A stretch of 64,000 nucleotides of DNA from Pseudobdellovibrionaceae bacterium (GCA_030591685.1 JAUVAX010000003.1:64744-128743), one strand, 5' to 3'. Positions 19,648 through 29,693 are shown, counted from the stretch's first letter. Notes: a model not told the origin generated them from the sequence alone. Numbers and translations: made by a program.

Positions 19648-19970
19648 TAATCCCCCTCCTCTTTATGCTCCGATAGGCTCGCATGGTCTGGGCTTTGTTT
19701 GCTCTCGCCCTTGTCCTCGCTATCTTCGTGATTATGAGAAGAATCTAACTCATGGTCTGGACCCTTCTCGGCAGAGGTTCCTTGCCCAAGCAAAGACTCA
19801 GATTCATGTTTGACCTGATCAAAGGTCTCCGTCACACCACTGGTGGCTCTTTTAAATTCATTTAATAATCTCGCAATAGTGCGTGCGACCTCTGGCAACT
19901 GCTTAGGCCCTATAAATATAAGCGCTATCCCGGCAAGCGCAATAAGCTCTGTAAATCCCATATTAAACAT
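19647..19970 (-). CDS. tatA: Twin-arginine translocase TatA/TatB-family subunit with acidic/His-rich tail
   Basis: FNMGFTELIALAGIALIFIGPKQLPEVARTIARLLNEFKRA (TM plus amphipathic helix). 107 aa. 1-nt overlap with the tatC start. Confidence 0.8.
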   Translation of the reverse strand: MFNMGFTELIALAGIALIFIGPKQLPEVARTIARLLNEFKRATSGVTETFDQVKHESESLLGQGTSAEKGPDHELDSSHNHEDSEDKGESKQSPDHASLSEHKEEGD

Positions 19971-20125
19971 AAGTTATCCTAACAAACCATGCCCCATAAG
20001 TAAAAATAATATGCCAAATTAGTGATCCTTTTTTATGGGTTTATTTGCCCTAGAAAACTAGCATTATGTCTCAAAATACAGCGTTTTTATAAACTATCGT
20101 CGAGATTTATCTAGACCCTTTTTTA

Positions 20126-20818
20126 GTGATCGCAATATTTATGTTAAAATATAAGTCACCCTTTTATCTTTCAATAACTACGGGAGGCCCTTTGAAGGAC
20201 AAAAAACTGCCAGAGCCTGAGTTAACTGTCTCTACCACTGATTTCTTTAGCGACACTGTTGACGAAGCGTTCTCGTATTTAAAAATTACAACTCTCCCTC
20301 TTGTGTCTAATTACCTTGTTAGTTTACTCGATAGATATGCCTTTGCAGATAACCTTTATGACCTTAATGAGTCTACCGGCAAAAGAACACTCAACCCCTT
20401 GGCTGAAATGTTTTTAAAAGCCAACCAATCAGAGCATCGACAAAAAGCACAGCTCCTAAGAAAGCTCGGCGACACGAGTTTATACATCAGTGGTTTTTTT
20501 GGTGAGTCTTTAAAAAGTAAAGTCATTGATTTAGACTATTATATCGATATTGGAGGCTCGGCGTACGCCAGTTTAGCCGCCTGTACTGAGGAGGATCTTT
20601 CCGCCCGGGTGTATGAGGAGTTCTCAAATAATTTTTTAAAATTTGTCGACGCTCTCACCTATATCAGTCAAAAATCTATGATTCAGTCTAATAAAGATTT
20701 ACTGCGACTTTATGACCGATATGTTTCTACAGGGTCCGAACTGGCACGGTCTCAACTGCTTGAAAACGGCCTTCTCAACAGCACTACTAATTCCAATAAA
20801 AAAATCTTACCCTCGTAA
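20126..20818 (+). CDS. Hypothetical cytoplasmic protein, predicted all-helical
   Basis: 230-aa ORF with no signal peptide, TM segment or catalytic motif that I recognise. A GGAGG precedes an in-frame TTG at L23, so the true start may be internal. Confidence 0.5.
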   Translation: MIAIFMLKYKSPFYLSITTGGPLKDKKLPEPELTVSTTDFFSDTVDEAFSYLKITTLPLVSNYLVSLLDRYAFADNLYDLNESTGKRTLNPLAEMFLKANQSEHRQKAQLLRKLGDTSLYISGFFGESLKSKVIDLDYYIDIGGSAYASLAACTEEDLSARVYEEFSNNFLKFVDALTYISQKSMIQSNKDLLRLYDRYVSTGSELARSQLLENGLLNSTTNSNKKILPS

Positions 20819-20832
20819 ACACCTCTGACCCC

Positions 20833-23439
20833 CTAAGGGCCAACAATGCTCACTGTTTCTGGCTTAGAAAACAGCTCCTGTGATAACCGCTGAATATCTG
20901 CGGCTGTCACCTGGTTCACCTGTTGCGCAAAATTGAAGGTTTCCTCTGGTGGAACTCCATAAATAGCATCAAACAACACGTTGCTCGCAATAGAGGATAC
21001 TCTTTGCAAACCTATATCATGTCGACCAATAAGGTATCGTTTTGCGCTCTCTAGCTCATCAGAACCGACCGCTTTGTTCATTAGTTTTTCAAATTCAATT
21101 CTCATCATACCAAGGGCTTTGTCTACTTTTTCAGGAGAGCAGCCAATATAGGCTCCAAAATAGCCCGCATCAATCCCCTCCATTTTTAATGGACTCACTG
21201 AGTATGCGAGTGATTGTTTGTCACGAAGCTCAATAAACAACCGCCCCCCCTGTCCGGCTAAAACAGACTGAATAAGGCTTAATACATGCCTGTTTTTATC
21301 ACCGAAAACTAGCCCTGGATAACCCAAAATAACATGGGCTTGCTCTTTTTTAAGAACGCTTTTTTCTCTTGTTGGCTGCTCTGGGGGAGAAAACCCAAAC
21401 GTGGATTCCCAGGCGCGCCCTGGCTGCAGATTTTTTGTTTTTGTTGAAAGCTTTTCAATCCACAGGTCTCTATTAAAGCTGCCCGAAAGCACTAACGTTT
21501 GGTTTTTACTTGTAACTAATTTGTCTTTAAATTTTAATATGTCTGCTCGACTGATGTTTTTTAGGGTTTTCTCCTCACCAAAGGGATCAATACTGTAAGG
21601 GTGGTTGCCGAACATTTGCCTCATAAACTGTAGAACGCAAATCTGTGCCGGATTATCGTCTCGCCTTTTTATTTGATCCAGCATCATAGAACACTCTCTT
21701 TGAATTGAGAGCTCCGTAAAGGCTGGATTAACTAAGACATCAAAGTAAACATCTAAAATTTCCTCAGAAAAAGGAGTAAGGCTTGTCATTGATAAGCCAA
21801 GTGTGTTTCTTCCGCCGAAGGCCGATACGGAAGAGGCCTTGGCGTCAATTAGAGCATACAACTGCTCCTCTGACATGGACTGAGTCCCTGAGGTCCAAGC
21901 GCGAGATAACAGCTCTGAAATACCATGATGGGATTTTTCCTCTGCGCGTAGGCCCCCTAAAAAAGCACTCTTTAATGACACTATGGGCACTTCGCTGTTG
22001 GGGCACAAGTAAAGGTTAGCTCCTGAGTCTAATTTAATGTGCTCGACATGTGGGCCTTCAAGCCCGCTGCTTTTCACGGCCCATTTTATTTTTTTTATTT
22101 TTTTAGCCGGAGCCTTGTCTTGTTTAATTTTTTTTGATCGCTCTTTCATTTTTTTGAAATCTGAAGACCACTTTCTCAAAAGTTTGTCCCATAAGGGTTT
22201 ATCCCCGGGGGTTGAAAGGGTTGCTGTTAACTTTTTCCACGTAATATACTTTTTCGCCGCCTTTAGGATGTCCTCGTCAGTCAGGTTTTGAATTTGCTTT
22301 ATGTATTTTTTAAAATATGTATGATCATTATAGAGCTGGCTGCAGGTGCCGACTTTTCTTGCCAGGCCATCAACGGTTTCAAGCGAGTAAAACTCATCAC
22401 TCTCAAAATTAACTATAGCCTTTTCTAGTTCGCTTCGACTCACTTTTTTTGTCAGCACTAAAAACAGTTCTTCGTTTATTATTTCTAATACCTCTTTTAT
22501 GTTTTCCTCTTGTGCTGTGAACGCAACAGTAAAAAACCCCGGGTCGGAGGGAGTATATGCACTGACCGAAACGTGGTTTACTAAAGAGGTGTCAACACGA
22601 AGGCGCTTTACTAAGCGCGAGCTCGCCCCCTGCCCCAAGATAAGACTCAAAACATCTAACGCCGGGATATCGGCATGAGTTGCCGGAGGCACTCGCCACG
22701 AAAGGTAACATGTGTTTTCGTTAAACTGTGTTTTTTTTACTTTTGTCACAGCCTTTATTTGAATGGGCTCTTTCACTCTTTTAACTTTTTTTAATTTATA
22801 AGGCTTAAAGGCATCAAAATACTTTTTTACATATGAGGCGGCCTCTTGTTTTTTTATATCACCGGCTACAATTAAAACCATGTTTTCAGGGACATATCTT
22901 TTATGAAAATAATTAATCAGCGTTTTTCTGCTGACTGTGTTTACTACTTTTTCGTACCCAATAACAGGCTTGCCGTAAGGGTGTTTTTTATATAGTGTTG
23001 AGAAAAGCAACTGACTGGCATCCCTTGAGGGGCTGTCTTTGCCTCTTTTAATTTCTTCGATAACAACTTCGCGTTCGTTATCTATCTCTGTTTTATCAAA
23101 GGTTGCATGCCCCATCATTTGACTGATGACATCCATCCCCGTTTCAAAAAATTCTTTTGAAATGGTTACATAAAATACTGTTTGATCAAATGATGTGTAG
23201 GCGTTGAGCTCCCCCCCTGAACCTTCAATGACTTGAGCTATCTCTCCTAACCCAAACTTATCGGTCCCCTTAAAAACTAGGTGCTCTATGAAGTGACTAA
23301 TGCCCTCCTCACCTTTTTGCTCATCAGCGCTGCCCGTCCTGACCCACATTTGAATAGATACAACTGGGGACTTATGACTTTCTACAAACAACACCTTCAT
23401 ACCATTTTTTAATTGCATTTTTTTATACATATTATACAT
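20833..23439 (-). CDS. Peptidase M16 (insulinase/pitrilysin) family zinc protease, duplicated four-domain form
   Basis: Inverted zinc motif HFIEHLVFKGT near the N-terminus. 868 aa, consistent with two M16 active/inactive domain pairs. Confidence 0.85.
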   Translation of the reverse strand: MYNMYKKMQLKNGMKVLFVESHKSPVVSIQMWVRTGSADEQKGEEGISHFIEHLVFKGTDKFGLGEIAQVIEGSGGELNAYTSFDQTVFYVTISKEFFETGMDVISQMMGHATFDKTEIDNEREVVIEEIKRGKDSPSRDASQLLFSTLYKKHPYGKPVIGYEKVVNTVSRKTLINYFHKRYVPENMVLIVAGDIKKQEAASYVKKYFDAFKPYKLKKVKRVKEPIQIKAVTKVKKTQFNENTCYLSWRVPPATHADIPALDVLSLILGQGASSRLVKRLRVDTSLVNHVSVSAYTPSDPGFFTVAFTAQEENIKEVLEIINEELFLVLTKKVSRSELEKAIVNFESDEFYSLETVDGLARKVGTCSQLYNDHTYFKKYIKQIQNLTDEDILKAAKKYITWKKLTATLSTPGDKPLWDKLLRKWSSDFKKMKERSKKIKQDKAPAKKIKKIKWAVKSSGLEGPHVEHIKLDSGANLYLCPNSEVPIVSLKSAFLGGLRAEEKSHHGISELLSRAWTSGTQSMSEEQLYALIDAKASSVSAFGGRNTLGLSMTSLTPFSEEILDVYFDVLVNPAFTELSIQRECSMMLDQIKRRDDNPAQICVLQFMRQMFGNHPYSIDPFGEEKTLKNISRADILKFKDKLVTSKNQTLVLSGSFNRDLWIEKLSTKTKNLQPGRAWESTFGFSPPEQPTREKSVLKKEQAHVILGYPGLVFGDKNRHVLSLIQSVLAGQGGRLFIELRDKQSLAYSVSPLKMEGIDAGYFGAYIGCSPEKVDKALGMMRIEFEKLMNKAVGSDELESAKRYLIGRHDIGLQRVSSIASNVLFDAIYGVPPEETFNFAQQVNQVTAADIQRLSQELFSKPETVSIVGP

Positions 23440-23446
23440 CCTGTCT

Positions 23447-24613
23447 ATGTCTTTTGGCTTATATGTTCACATTCCCTATTGCATCCAACGGTGTCATTAC
23501 TGCGACTTTACTACGTTTGAGCAAAATAAAATACTTCCTCCTGGAGAGTACGTTTTGGCCCTTCTCCAAGAGCTTCAATTAAGGCATCATTTGGCCCCCA
23601 CGCATCAATTGTCTTCTATTTATTTCGGCGGGGGCACGCCAAGCCTTATCGATGCTAAATACATTGTATCTATACTTAATGAAATTGAAAAGGTCGGTTT
23701 TTCGTTTAATTCACAAACTGAGGTGACTCTTGAAATTAACCCCGCAACGGTAGACCCGAAAAAGCTTGAAACCTACCTTTTAGCTGGCGTAAATCGTTTT
23801 AGCGTAGGGACACAGACCTTTAATGATGCGCTTTTGTCCGCCTGTGGTCGTGAGCATAGCGCCAAAGACACTGTTAATACTTTAAAAGTACTCAATGAAT
23901 TTAATGTGAAATACTCTGCTGATCTACTTTTTGCATTGCCCAAACAGTCACTCAGCGAAGTCGCACTTGATGTGGCCACTTTGCTTCAGTTTAAACCTCA
24001 TCATATCAGCACCTACTGTTTAACTGTCCCCAGTGGACACCCCATGAACCGAGAGCGCGCCCCCGAGGAGGAGCAGTTAGAGATGTTTAACCTCATCGAG
24101 CAGGAGCTTTCCCTTTATGGAATGCAACGGTATGAAATTTCAAACTTCTCCTTGCCAAAAATGAGTTCTCAACACAACCGCCTCTACTGGGAAGATAAAA
24201 GCTATTGGGGCCTTGGTGTTAGCGCACACTCTTATTACTCAGGTAAAACGGACGCAGAGCCCTATGGTTTACGGTTTTGGAATAGCAAAAACTTAAACGA
24301 GTACCTTGAAAGCACCGCTTTAAAGCCCGATTCACGCCCCGTGCCTGACCCCCAGCTAGAGGTGCTTTCTGTGCACGAATCAATGACTGATTTTTGCCAT
24401 ATGCACCTGCGAACTTTAGCCGGACTGCCCCTAAATGCTGCGCTAAATAAATTTGGAAGTAATATGCCCTTTATCAATCAACGCCTAGCCCCTTTGCTCG
24501 ACCAGGGGCTAGTTGAAAAGGTTGAACAAAATATTCGCCTAACAAAGAAAGGTGTGTTAATAAGCAATAAGGTGTTTGAATCATTAACCTTTTTAAAAGA
24601 TGAGCTCTCTTAA
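23447..24613 (+). CDS. hemW: Radical SAM heme chaperone HemW / HemN-like protein
   Basis: YVHIPYCIQRCHYCDF (CxxxCxxC radical SAM cluster), IYFGGGTPS. 388 aa with a HemN_C-like tail. Confidence 0.8.
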   Translation: MSFGLYVHIPYCIQRCHYCDFTTFEQNKILPPGEYVLALLQELQLRHHLAPTHQLSSIYFGGGTPSLIDAKYIVSILNEIEKVGFSFNSQTEVTLEINPATVDPKKLETYLLAGVNRFSVGTQTFNDALLSACGREHSAKDTVNTLKVLNEFNVKYSADLLFALPKQSLSEVALDVATLLQFKPHHISTYCLTVPSGHPMNRERAPEEEQLEMFNLIEQELSLYGMQRYEISNFSLPKMSSQHNRLYWEDKSYWGLGVSAHSYYSGKTDAEPYGLRFWNSKNLNEYLESTALKPDSRPVPDPQLEVLSVHESMTDFCHMHLRTLAGLPLNAALNKFGSNMPFINQRLAPLLDQGLVEKVEQNIRLTKKGVLISNKVFESLTFLKDELS

Positions 24614-24622
24614 AAGCCCCTA

Positions 24623-24652
24623 TTGACAACACCCTTTAACAGCACATATTTA
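24623..24652 (+). promoter_or_regulatory. Candidate sigma-70 promoter for grpE
   Basis: Perfect TTGACA (24623-24628), an 18-nt spacer, then TATTTA (24647-24652), about 30 nt upstream of the grpE TTG start. No CIRCE element seen. Confidence 0.3.
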
Positions 24653-24681
24653 AAGTCGACCCCTAAAAGGAGCGAGTCAAA

Positions 24682-25254
24682 TTGAGCAAAAAAAATAGTA
24701 CCAAGGACGATCCAAGCCCTGACAACCCTAACATCGAAAACCCTGATCAAAAGAAAACCACAGACAATGGTGCTGAGAGCGGGGCCCCCGATGAGCTTAA
24801 AAAATTTAAACACGACTACCTTTACCTAAGAGCTGAGTTTGATAATTACAAGCGCCGCTCAACAAAGGAGCGAGCCGAGTTAATAAAATTTGGCTCTGAG
24901 CCTTTAGCAAAAGAAATTTTAAATATTCTTGATGTTTTTGAACTTGCGCTCTCAAGTGAGGTCACCCCTGAAAATATAGATAGCTTTAAAAAGGGCATGG
25001 ACATGACCTACGGGCAGCTCCAGCAAAGTCTCGAACGATTCAATATAACTAAGTTTGGGAGCCTCGGAGATAAGTTTGACCCTCAACTGCATGAGGCCCT
25101 CTCTAGCCTGCCCTCTTCTGACTTTGAACCCGAACACATTTGCCAGGTTTTCAAGAACGGCTTTAAGTTTCATGATAAAGTTATCCGACCAGCGCAGGTT
25201 GTTGTTGCCAGCGCCCCAACAGAGCCTCCTCCTGGCGAAGAAACAAAGGAGTAG
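24682..25254 (+). CDS. grpE: Nucleotide exchange factor GrpE
   Basis: TTG start with AAAGGAG upstream. YLYLRAEFDNYKRR, then a C-terminal beta domain ...FDPQLHEAL...GFKFHDKVIRPAQVVV. Confidence 0.9.
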   Translation: MSKKNSTKDDPSPDNPNIENPDQKKTTDNGAESGAPDELKKFKHDYLYLRAEFDNYKRRSTKERAELIKFGSEPLAKEILNILDVFELALSSEVTPENIDSFKKGMDMTYGQLQQSLERFNITKFGSLGDKFDPQLHEALSSLPSSDFEPEHICQVFKNGFKFHDKVIRPAQVVVASAPTEPPPGEETKE

Positions 25255-25257
25255 CCT

Positions 25258-26211
25258 TTGAGTGAAAAGGATTACTATTCTATTTTAGGCGTCCCTAAAT
25301 CGGCCAGCACGAGCGAGCTAAAAAAAGCTTATCGTAAGCTTGCCGTTAAATATCACCCTGATAAAAACCCTGACAATAAACAAGCTGAAGATAAGTTTAA
25401 ATCTGTTACCGAGGCCTACCAGGTGCTTAGTGACCCTGAAAAACGCCAGGGCTATGACAACTTTGGATCCGCGGGTCCGTCCGCTGGCTTTGGGGGCCAT
25501 GAAGGATTTTCAGGTTTTTCTGCGTCTCATGGGCCTCGCTCAGACCAGGCCGCTCAAGAGTTTTTTTATGATATCTTTGGGGATATTTTTAACACTCAAC
25601 CCCGAAGAAGCCCTCGGTCTCAAAGAGGCGCTGACCTAAAATACAAACTTTCTCTCACTCTTGAGCAGTCAGCAAACGGCTGCCAAGAGGTTGTCGAGTT
25701 TATACGTCATCAAATGGGCTCCCCCGCGCAAACAAAACTTTCTGTTAAAATCCCCCCCGGAGTTAAGCAGCATCAAAAGTTAAAGCTCCGAGGTGAGGGT
25801 GATCAGCCCCAGGCTGGAAAGCCTGGCGACCTTTATGTTGTCATAAATATCATGCCCCACTCATTATTTCGCCGAAAAGAGCTGGACGTTTTGCTAGAGC
25901 TTCCCATAAGTTTTGTGGACGCTATTTTAGGAACAAAAATAAATATTCCAACGCTTTCAGGGAGGGCTAGCCTAAGTATCCCGGCCGGGACACATGCCGG
26001 ACAAACTTTTCGCTTAAAGGGCAAAGGCTTCAAAAGTCTCTCCTCAAAAGATCCTGGAGATATGCTCGTTAAAATCACTATAGATGTTCCAAAAAAACTC
26101 TCTGCCGACGAAAAAGAAGCTCTTAATTCCCTTTCTAAAGTTGCCCAGAGTGCCCCAAAGGTGAGAGACTTCAAGAGAAACGTAGACCTCCTCCTAAAGG
26201 CTCGAAAATGA
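25258..26211 (+). CDS. J-domain co-chaperone, CbpA-like (class II DnaJ without zinc-finger domain)
   Basis: TTG start. DYYSILGV...[16 protein letters not shown] (HPD), a G/F region, then two C-terminal beta domains. No CxxCxGxG repeats. 317 aa. Confidence 0.8.
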   Translation: MSEKDYYSILGVPKSASTSELKKAYRKLAVKYHPDKNPDNKQAEDKFKSVTEAYQVLSDPEKRQGYDNFGSAGPSAGFGGHEGFSGFSASHGPRSDQAAQEFFYDIFGDIFNTQPRRSPRSQRGADLKYKLSLTLEQSANGCQEVVEFIRHQMGSPAQTKLSVKIPPGVKQHQKLKLRGEGDQPQAGKPGDLYVVINIMPHSLFRRKELDVLLELPISFVDAILGTKINIPTLSGRASLSIPAGTHAGQTFRLKGKGFKSLSSKDPGDMLVKITIDVPKKLSADEKEALNSLSKVAQSAPKVRDFKRNVDLLLKARK

Positions 26212-28232
26212 ATAAAGCTACCAAAGTTTTTTTAAAGGCATTGATCTTTCTTGGGGTCGCCTCCTGTAGCACTACTCCTGATAAAAAACCCCCAACGCTG
26301 GCGCCACCACAAATAACGGCTGAGTTTAACCGCGCAAAAGACCTTATTTCCAAAAAAAAAACAACCAAGGGCCTTCTTTTACTTAAAAATTTAAGTAAAG
26401 CCCATGCTCAAACTGAACTCGCTGATGACGCACTCATGTTGCTCGGCGAAACTTACTATCGCAGCCGAGACTACGAACGCGCTTATAAATCTTTTATTAC
26501 CGTCGTTCGCTCCAACATATATAGCCCCGTTGAGGCTCAGGCCCTATATATGTCTGCGAAGTCCCTGACCATGCTGTCTCGTTATGATGAGGCCCTTAGC
26601 TTAATCTCAACCCTTATTGAAAAGCACAAGATAGAGCCTAAAGAAGAACTCAGTGTTTACAAATTAAAGTTTCTCTTACTTTCTAAGCTCGGTGACAAGC
26701 TCGATTCAGTGAGAACACTTGTCATCTTGGCTAAAATGGAGCCCTCTCTATCGAAAAGGAAATCCTACAAACTAAAGGCCATTGATTTTGTTGAGTTGGA
26801 GCTTAACTTTGACGACCTTCAAAAAGCCTCGTCTGACGACAGTTTTGGTTTTGCAAGAGGACATGCCTTTTACAAACTGGGGCTTCATTTTTTTGAAAAG
26901 CAAAACTACTCAGACGCTTTGTCCGCCTTTGAGCGCGCTGCTGAAATCCTTCCTAACTCGGACATCTCTGAACAGGCTCAAGGCTACATAAATCAAGTCT
27001 TAGCTCGTCAGGTTGTTGAACCTAAAACAATCGGCGTTGTTTTACCACTGACAAGCCAACACTCTAAAGTTGCATATCGAACATTACGAGGGCTACAGCT
27101 TGGGCTCGGTGTTTATGGCCAAAACAAATCCCAATTTAAATTGGCTATTATAGATAGCGAGGCCAACCCTGACTCTGCTCGCCGAGCCGTGGAGCGCCTT
27201 GTATTAGAGGACCATGCCATTGCTGTTGTTGGAAGCCTTTTAAGTAAAACGGCGGCCGCTGTTGCTGCAAAGTCTGAGGAGCTTGGGGTTCCGAATATAA
27301 CTTTGTCTCAAAAATCCGGACTTACAGACATCGGTAGAAATGTCTTTAGAAATGCTCTCACTAGCCAAATGCAAGTTCAAATGCTTGTAAAAACGGCCAT
27401 GGAGCTTAGAGGATTTAAGCGCTTCGCCATCCTCTACCCTAATGATAATTATGGTATTGAGTACGCCAACCTCTTTTGGGACGAAGTTTTAGCTCGAGGC
27501 GGGCAGATTACAGCCGTTCAAACCTACCGACCCAAAGAAACCGATTTTTCAGGCCCCATAAAGAGGCTTACTGGTACTTTTTATTATGAGGATCGCTTAA
27601 CTGAATATAGGTCTCTATTAAAAGAGTGGTACAAAAAGCAGAAATATATTAGCTCACGGACGTCTCCTCCAGGCGACCTGCTCCCCCCGGCCATTGACTT
27701 TGATGCCCTCTTCATACCCGATAGCGCGCGAACTCTTGGCCAAATTGCCCCCATGATGGCCTATCAAGAGGTAAATAACGTCACCCTTTTGGGTACAAAT
27801 ATTTGGAATTCCTATAATACTGTTAAGCGCGGCCAACAATATGTTGAGAATTCAATTTTTGTTGACGGACTTTTGTTGTCTGACCGTCGCTTTTCTCAAT
27901 CTGATTTTTACAAAGAATTTTATTCAACCTTTCAATTAAAGCCCTCTATTTTTGAATCACAAGCCTATGATATTGGACTTCTCTTGCGCCAACTTATTAT
28001 AGATGGCCACCGGACCCGCGACGAACTCGCTGGCGCACTAAGGTCTGTAAAGAATTTCAATGGCTCTTATGGCTCTTTAGACATGAGCGATAAAAGAGAA
28101 CTCAGCCGACCTCTTTATAGCCTCACTATACATAATGGAAAAATTATACCCCTCACTTCAGAACTTATTGAATCCATTAAAGCTCTCGAGGAAGCCGAAG
28201 ACCGTCCCGACCCCATAAAGAGTAAAAAGTAG
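26208..28232 (+). CDS. Lipoprotein with N-terminal TPR-like repeats and C-terminal type-1 periplasmic-binding-protein fold (LpoA/LppC-like architecture)
   Basis: Lipobox FLGVASC. Helical repeat region aa ~50-260. LivK-like region [26 protein letters not shown]...[20 protein letters not shown]...AVVGSLLSK. 674 aa. Start overlaps the J-protein stop (ATGA). Confidence 0.6.
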   Translation: MNKATKVFLKALIFLGVASCSTTPDKKPPTLAPPQITAEFNRAKDLISKKKTTKGLLLLKNLSKAHAQTELADDALMLLGETYYRSRDYERAYKSFITVVRSNIYSPVEAQALYMSAKSLTMLSRYDEALSLISTLIEKHKIEPKEELSVYKLKFLLLSKLGDKLDSVRTLVILAKMEPSLSKRKSYKLKAIDFVELELNFDDLQKASSDDSFGFARGHAFYKLGLHFFEKQNYSDALSAFERAAEILPNSDISEQAQGYINQVLARQVVEPKTIGVVLPLTSQHSKVAYRTLRGLQLGLGVYGQNKSQFKLAIIDSEANPDSARRAVERLVLEDHAIAVVGSLLSKTAAAVAAKSEELGVPNITLSQKSGLTDIGRNVFRNALTSQMQVQMLVKTAMELRGFKRFAILYPNDNYGIEYANLFWDEVLARGGQITAVQTYRPKETDFSGPIKRLTGTFYYEDRLTEYRSLLKEWYKKQKYISSRTSPPGDLLPPAIDFDALFIPDSARTLGQIAPMMAYQEVNNVTLLGTNIWNSYNTVKRGQQYVENSIFVDGLLLSDRRFSQSDFYKEFYSTFQLKPSIFESQAYDIGLLLRQLIIDGHRTRDELAGALRSVKNFNGSYGSLDMSDKRELSRPLYSLTIHNGKIIPLTSELIESIKALEEAEDRPDPIKSKK

Positions 28233-28303
28233 TAGAACTTTAATGAGTCCTTCGTTATGCTTAAAAAAATGAGCTCAACAAACACACACTCCGAGGTTCT
28301 TTT

Positions 28304-28669
28304 TTGAGAAACAATAAGCATTTAATATTAGTCGTTGATGATGAAATTGACCTCTGCGAGCTCATGAGCGACCGTCTTGAGATGGAAGGGTATGAAACTC
28401 TTACGGCTGGCAATGGCACCGAGGCCATTAAAAAAATAAAAGAAGTTCCTGAGGTTGACCTTATAATAACAGATGTGCGCATGCCCCATGGTGATGGTAT
28501 TTTTCTATTAAACAAAGTAAAGGACTTCGCGCCCTCAAAACCTGTTATTGTCATTACCGGATTTTCAGACCGTACTGAACCTGAACTCTCTGCCCTTGGG
28601 GCCTATGCCACCGTTGCAAAACCAATTGATTACGAAAATCTACTTAATATCATCTCTGAGTCTCTATAG
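28304..28669 (+). CDS. Stand-alone response-regulator receiver domain (CheY-like)
   Basis: TTG start. LILVVDDE, phospho-acceptor context DLIITDVRMP, PVIVITGFSD, ATVAKP. 121 aa with no output domain and no adjacent histidine kinase. Confidence 0.85.
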   Translation: MRNNKHLILVVDDEIDLCELMSDRLEMEGYETLTAGNGTEAIKKIKEVPEVDLIITDVRMPHGDGIFLLNKVKDFAPSKPVIVITGFSDRTEPELSALGAYATVAKPIDYENLLNIISESL

Positions 28670-28931
28670 GGCCCCTTTGTTCTGATGCTTGCGGGATGAC
28701 TTCAAAAAAATAACTAAAACGTACATCCATAAATATTTTTTATAGGTCCTCAAAAAAAGTTCCTTACTGTCCGCTTAACCTAATTACTGCTGATGCCTGT
28801 CATATATGCAGACCGGATGCATACTCGCATTTAGTCTGGCCGCCAGGGAAGGCGCGCCATAAAACAGTACAATAACTGGGGTCTAGGATGGGCCACCACT
28901 ATTGCCTCCCAGCCAAACAAAAGGAGTCATT

Positions 28932-29294
28932 ATGACCTTCAGTAAAAACACCCTTCACTATTGCCAGGCCCAGCTTCTGGAAACAAAAGAATCCTTACTT
29001 AATAGACTTAACCGCATTTACAGTGATTTCAAGGAGCACGAGAGGTCTGGTGACGACGCAGACCTCTCCACCAGTAACCTTGCAGAACACGCCTTTGTAA
29101 CCACTACAAAAAGAATCCGCACGCAATTATTAGAGATCGAAAAAGCTCTTCTTAGGATTCAACTGGGCGCTTTTGGGCTTTGTGAAGTCACTCAAGAGCC
29201 GATTGAGGAAGCAAGGCTAAAGGCCATACCCTGGACGCGCCTTAGCATCGAGGGCGCTGAAATAAAAGACTCTCTAAAAAAGAAATTTGCATAA
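28932..29294 (+). CDS. DksA/TraR-family protein with degenerate (one-Cys) zinc finger
   Basis: Start at ATG 28932 (AAGGAG 5 nt upstream). Coiled-coil region with a DDADLS tip (DxxDxS, compare DxxDxA). The C-terminal GAFGLCEVTQEPIEEARLKAIPWTRLSIEGAE aligns to GYCESCGVEI...RL.A.P....C..C, with 3 of 4 Cys replaced. Confidence 0.6.
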   Translation: MTFSKNTLHYCQAQLLETKESLLNRLNRIYSDFKEHERSGDDADLSTSNLAEHAFVTTTKRIRTQLLEIEKALLRIQLGAFGLCEVTQEPIEEARLKAIPWTRLSIEGAEIKDSLKKKFA

Positions 29295-29693
29295 TTTTGC
29301 CCGTCCACTTTTTAGGCCCCATTTTTTTATGCCCACTGAGGCCCGCTATCATAAATTTATTTACCGGAGTCTTTGATTCTCTGTAATTTTACTCCTGCCT
29401 TTTTAATACTTTGTCAGTATGACTTAAAATGTTTTTTGATTTCACTAACGTCATCTCAGCTAGACCACTATTTTTTAAAAACCCACATGCTTATATAATA
29501 TACTTCGTAGACCTACAACTTGTGTTACATGCCTTTTAGTCCTGTCATTATAAACTTTTGTACTCGCCAGTACCTATGTACATAAAAATCCAGACCTTAT
29601 AACTATGCTTTTTTACTTAATATCTTGTCGCTGCAGACCGAAGAATTCATGTAAGCACAGTATTAATTAGCAACAGGCCAGGTGGAGGCACAA

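Noticed and set aside
29429-29539. 36-aa ORF (MFFDFTNVISARPLFFKNPHAYIIYFVDLQLVLHAF) in the lon leader
   Set aside because: It has no Shine-Dalgarno sequence and its composition mirrors AT-rich non-coding DNA. No supporting evidence for it is visible in the sequence.
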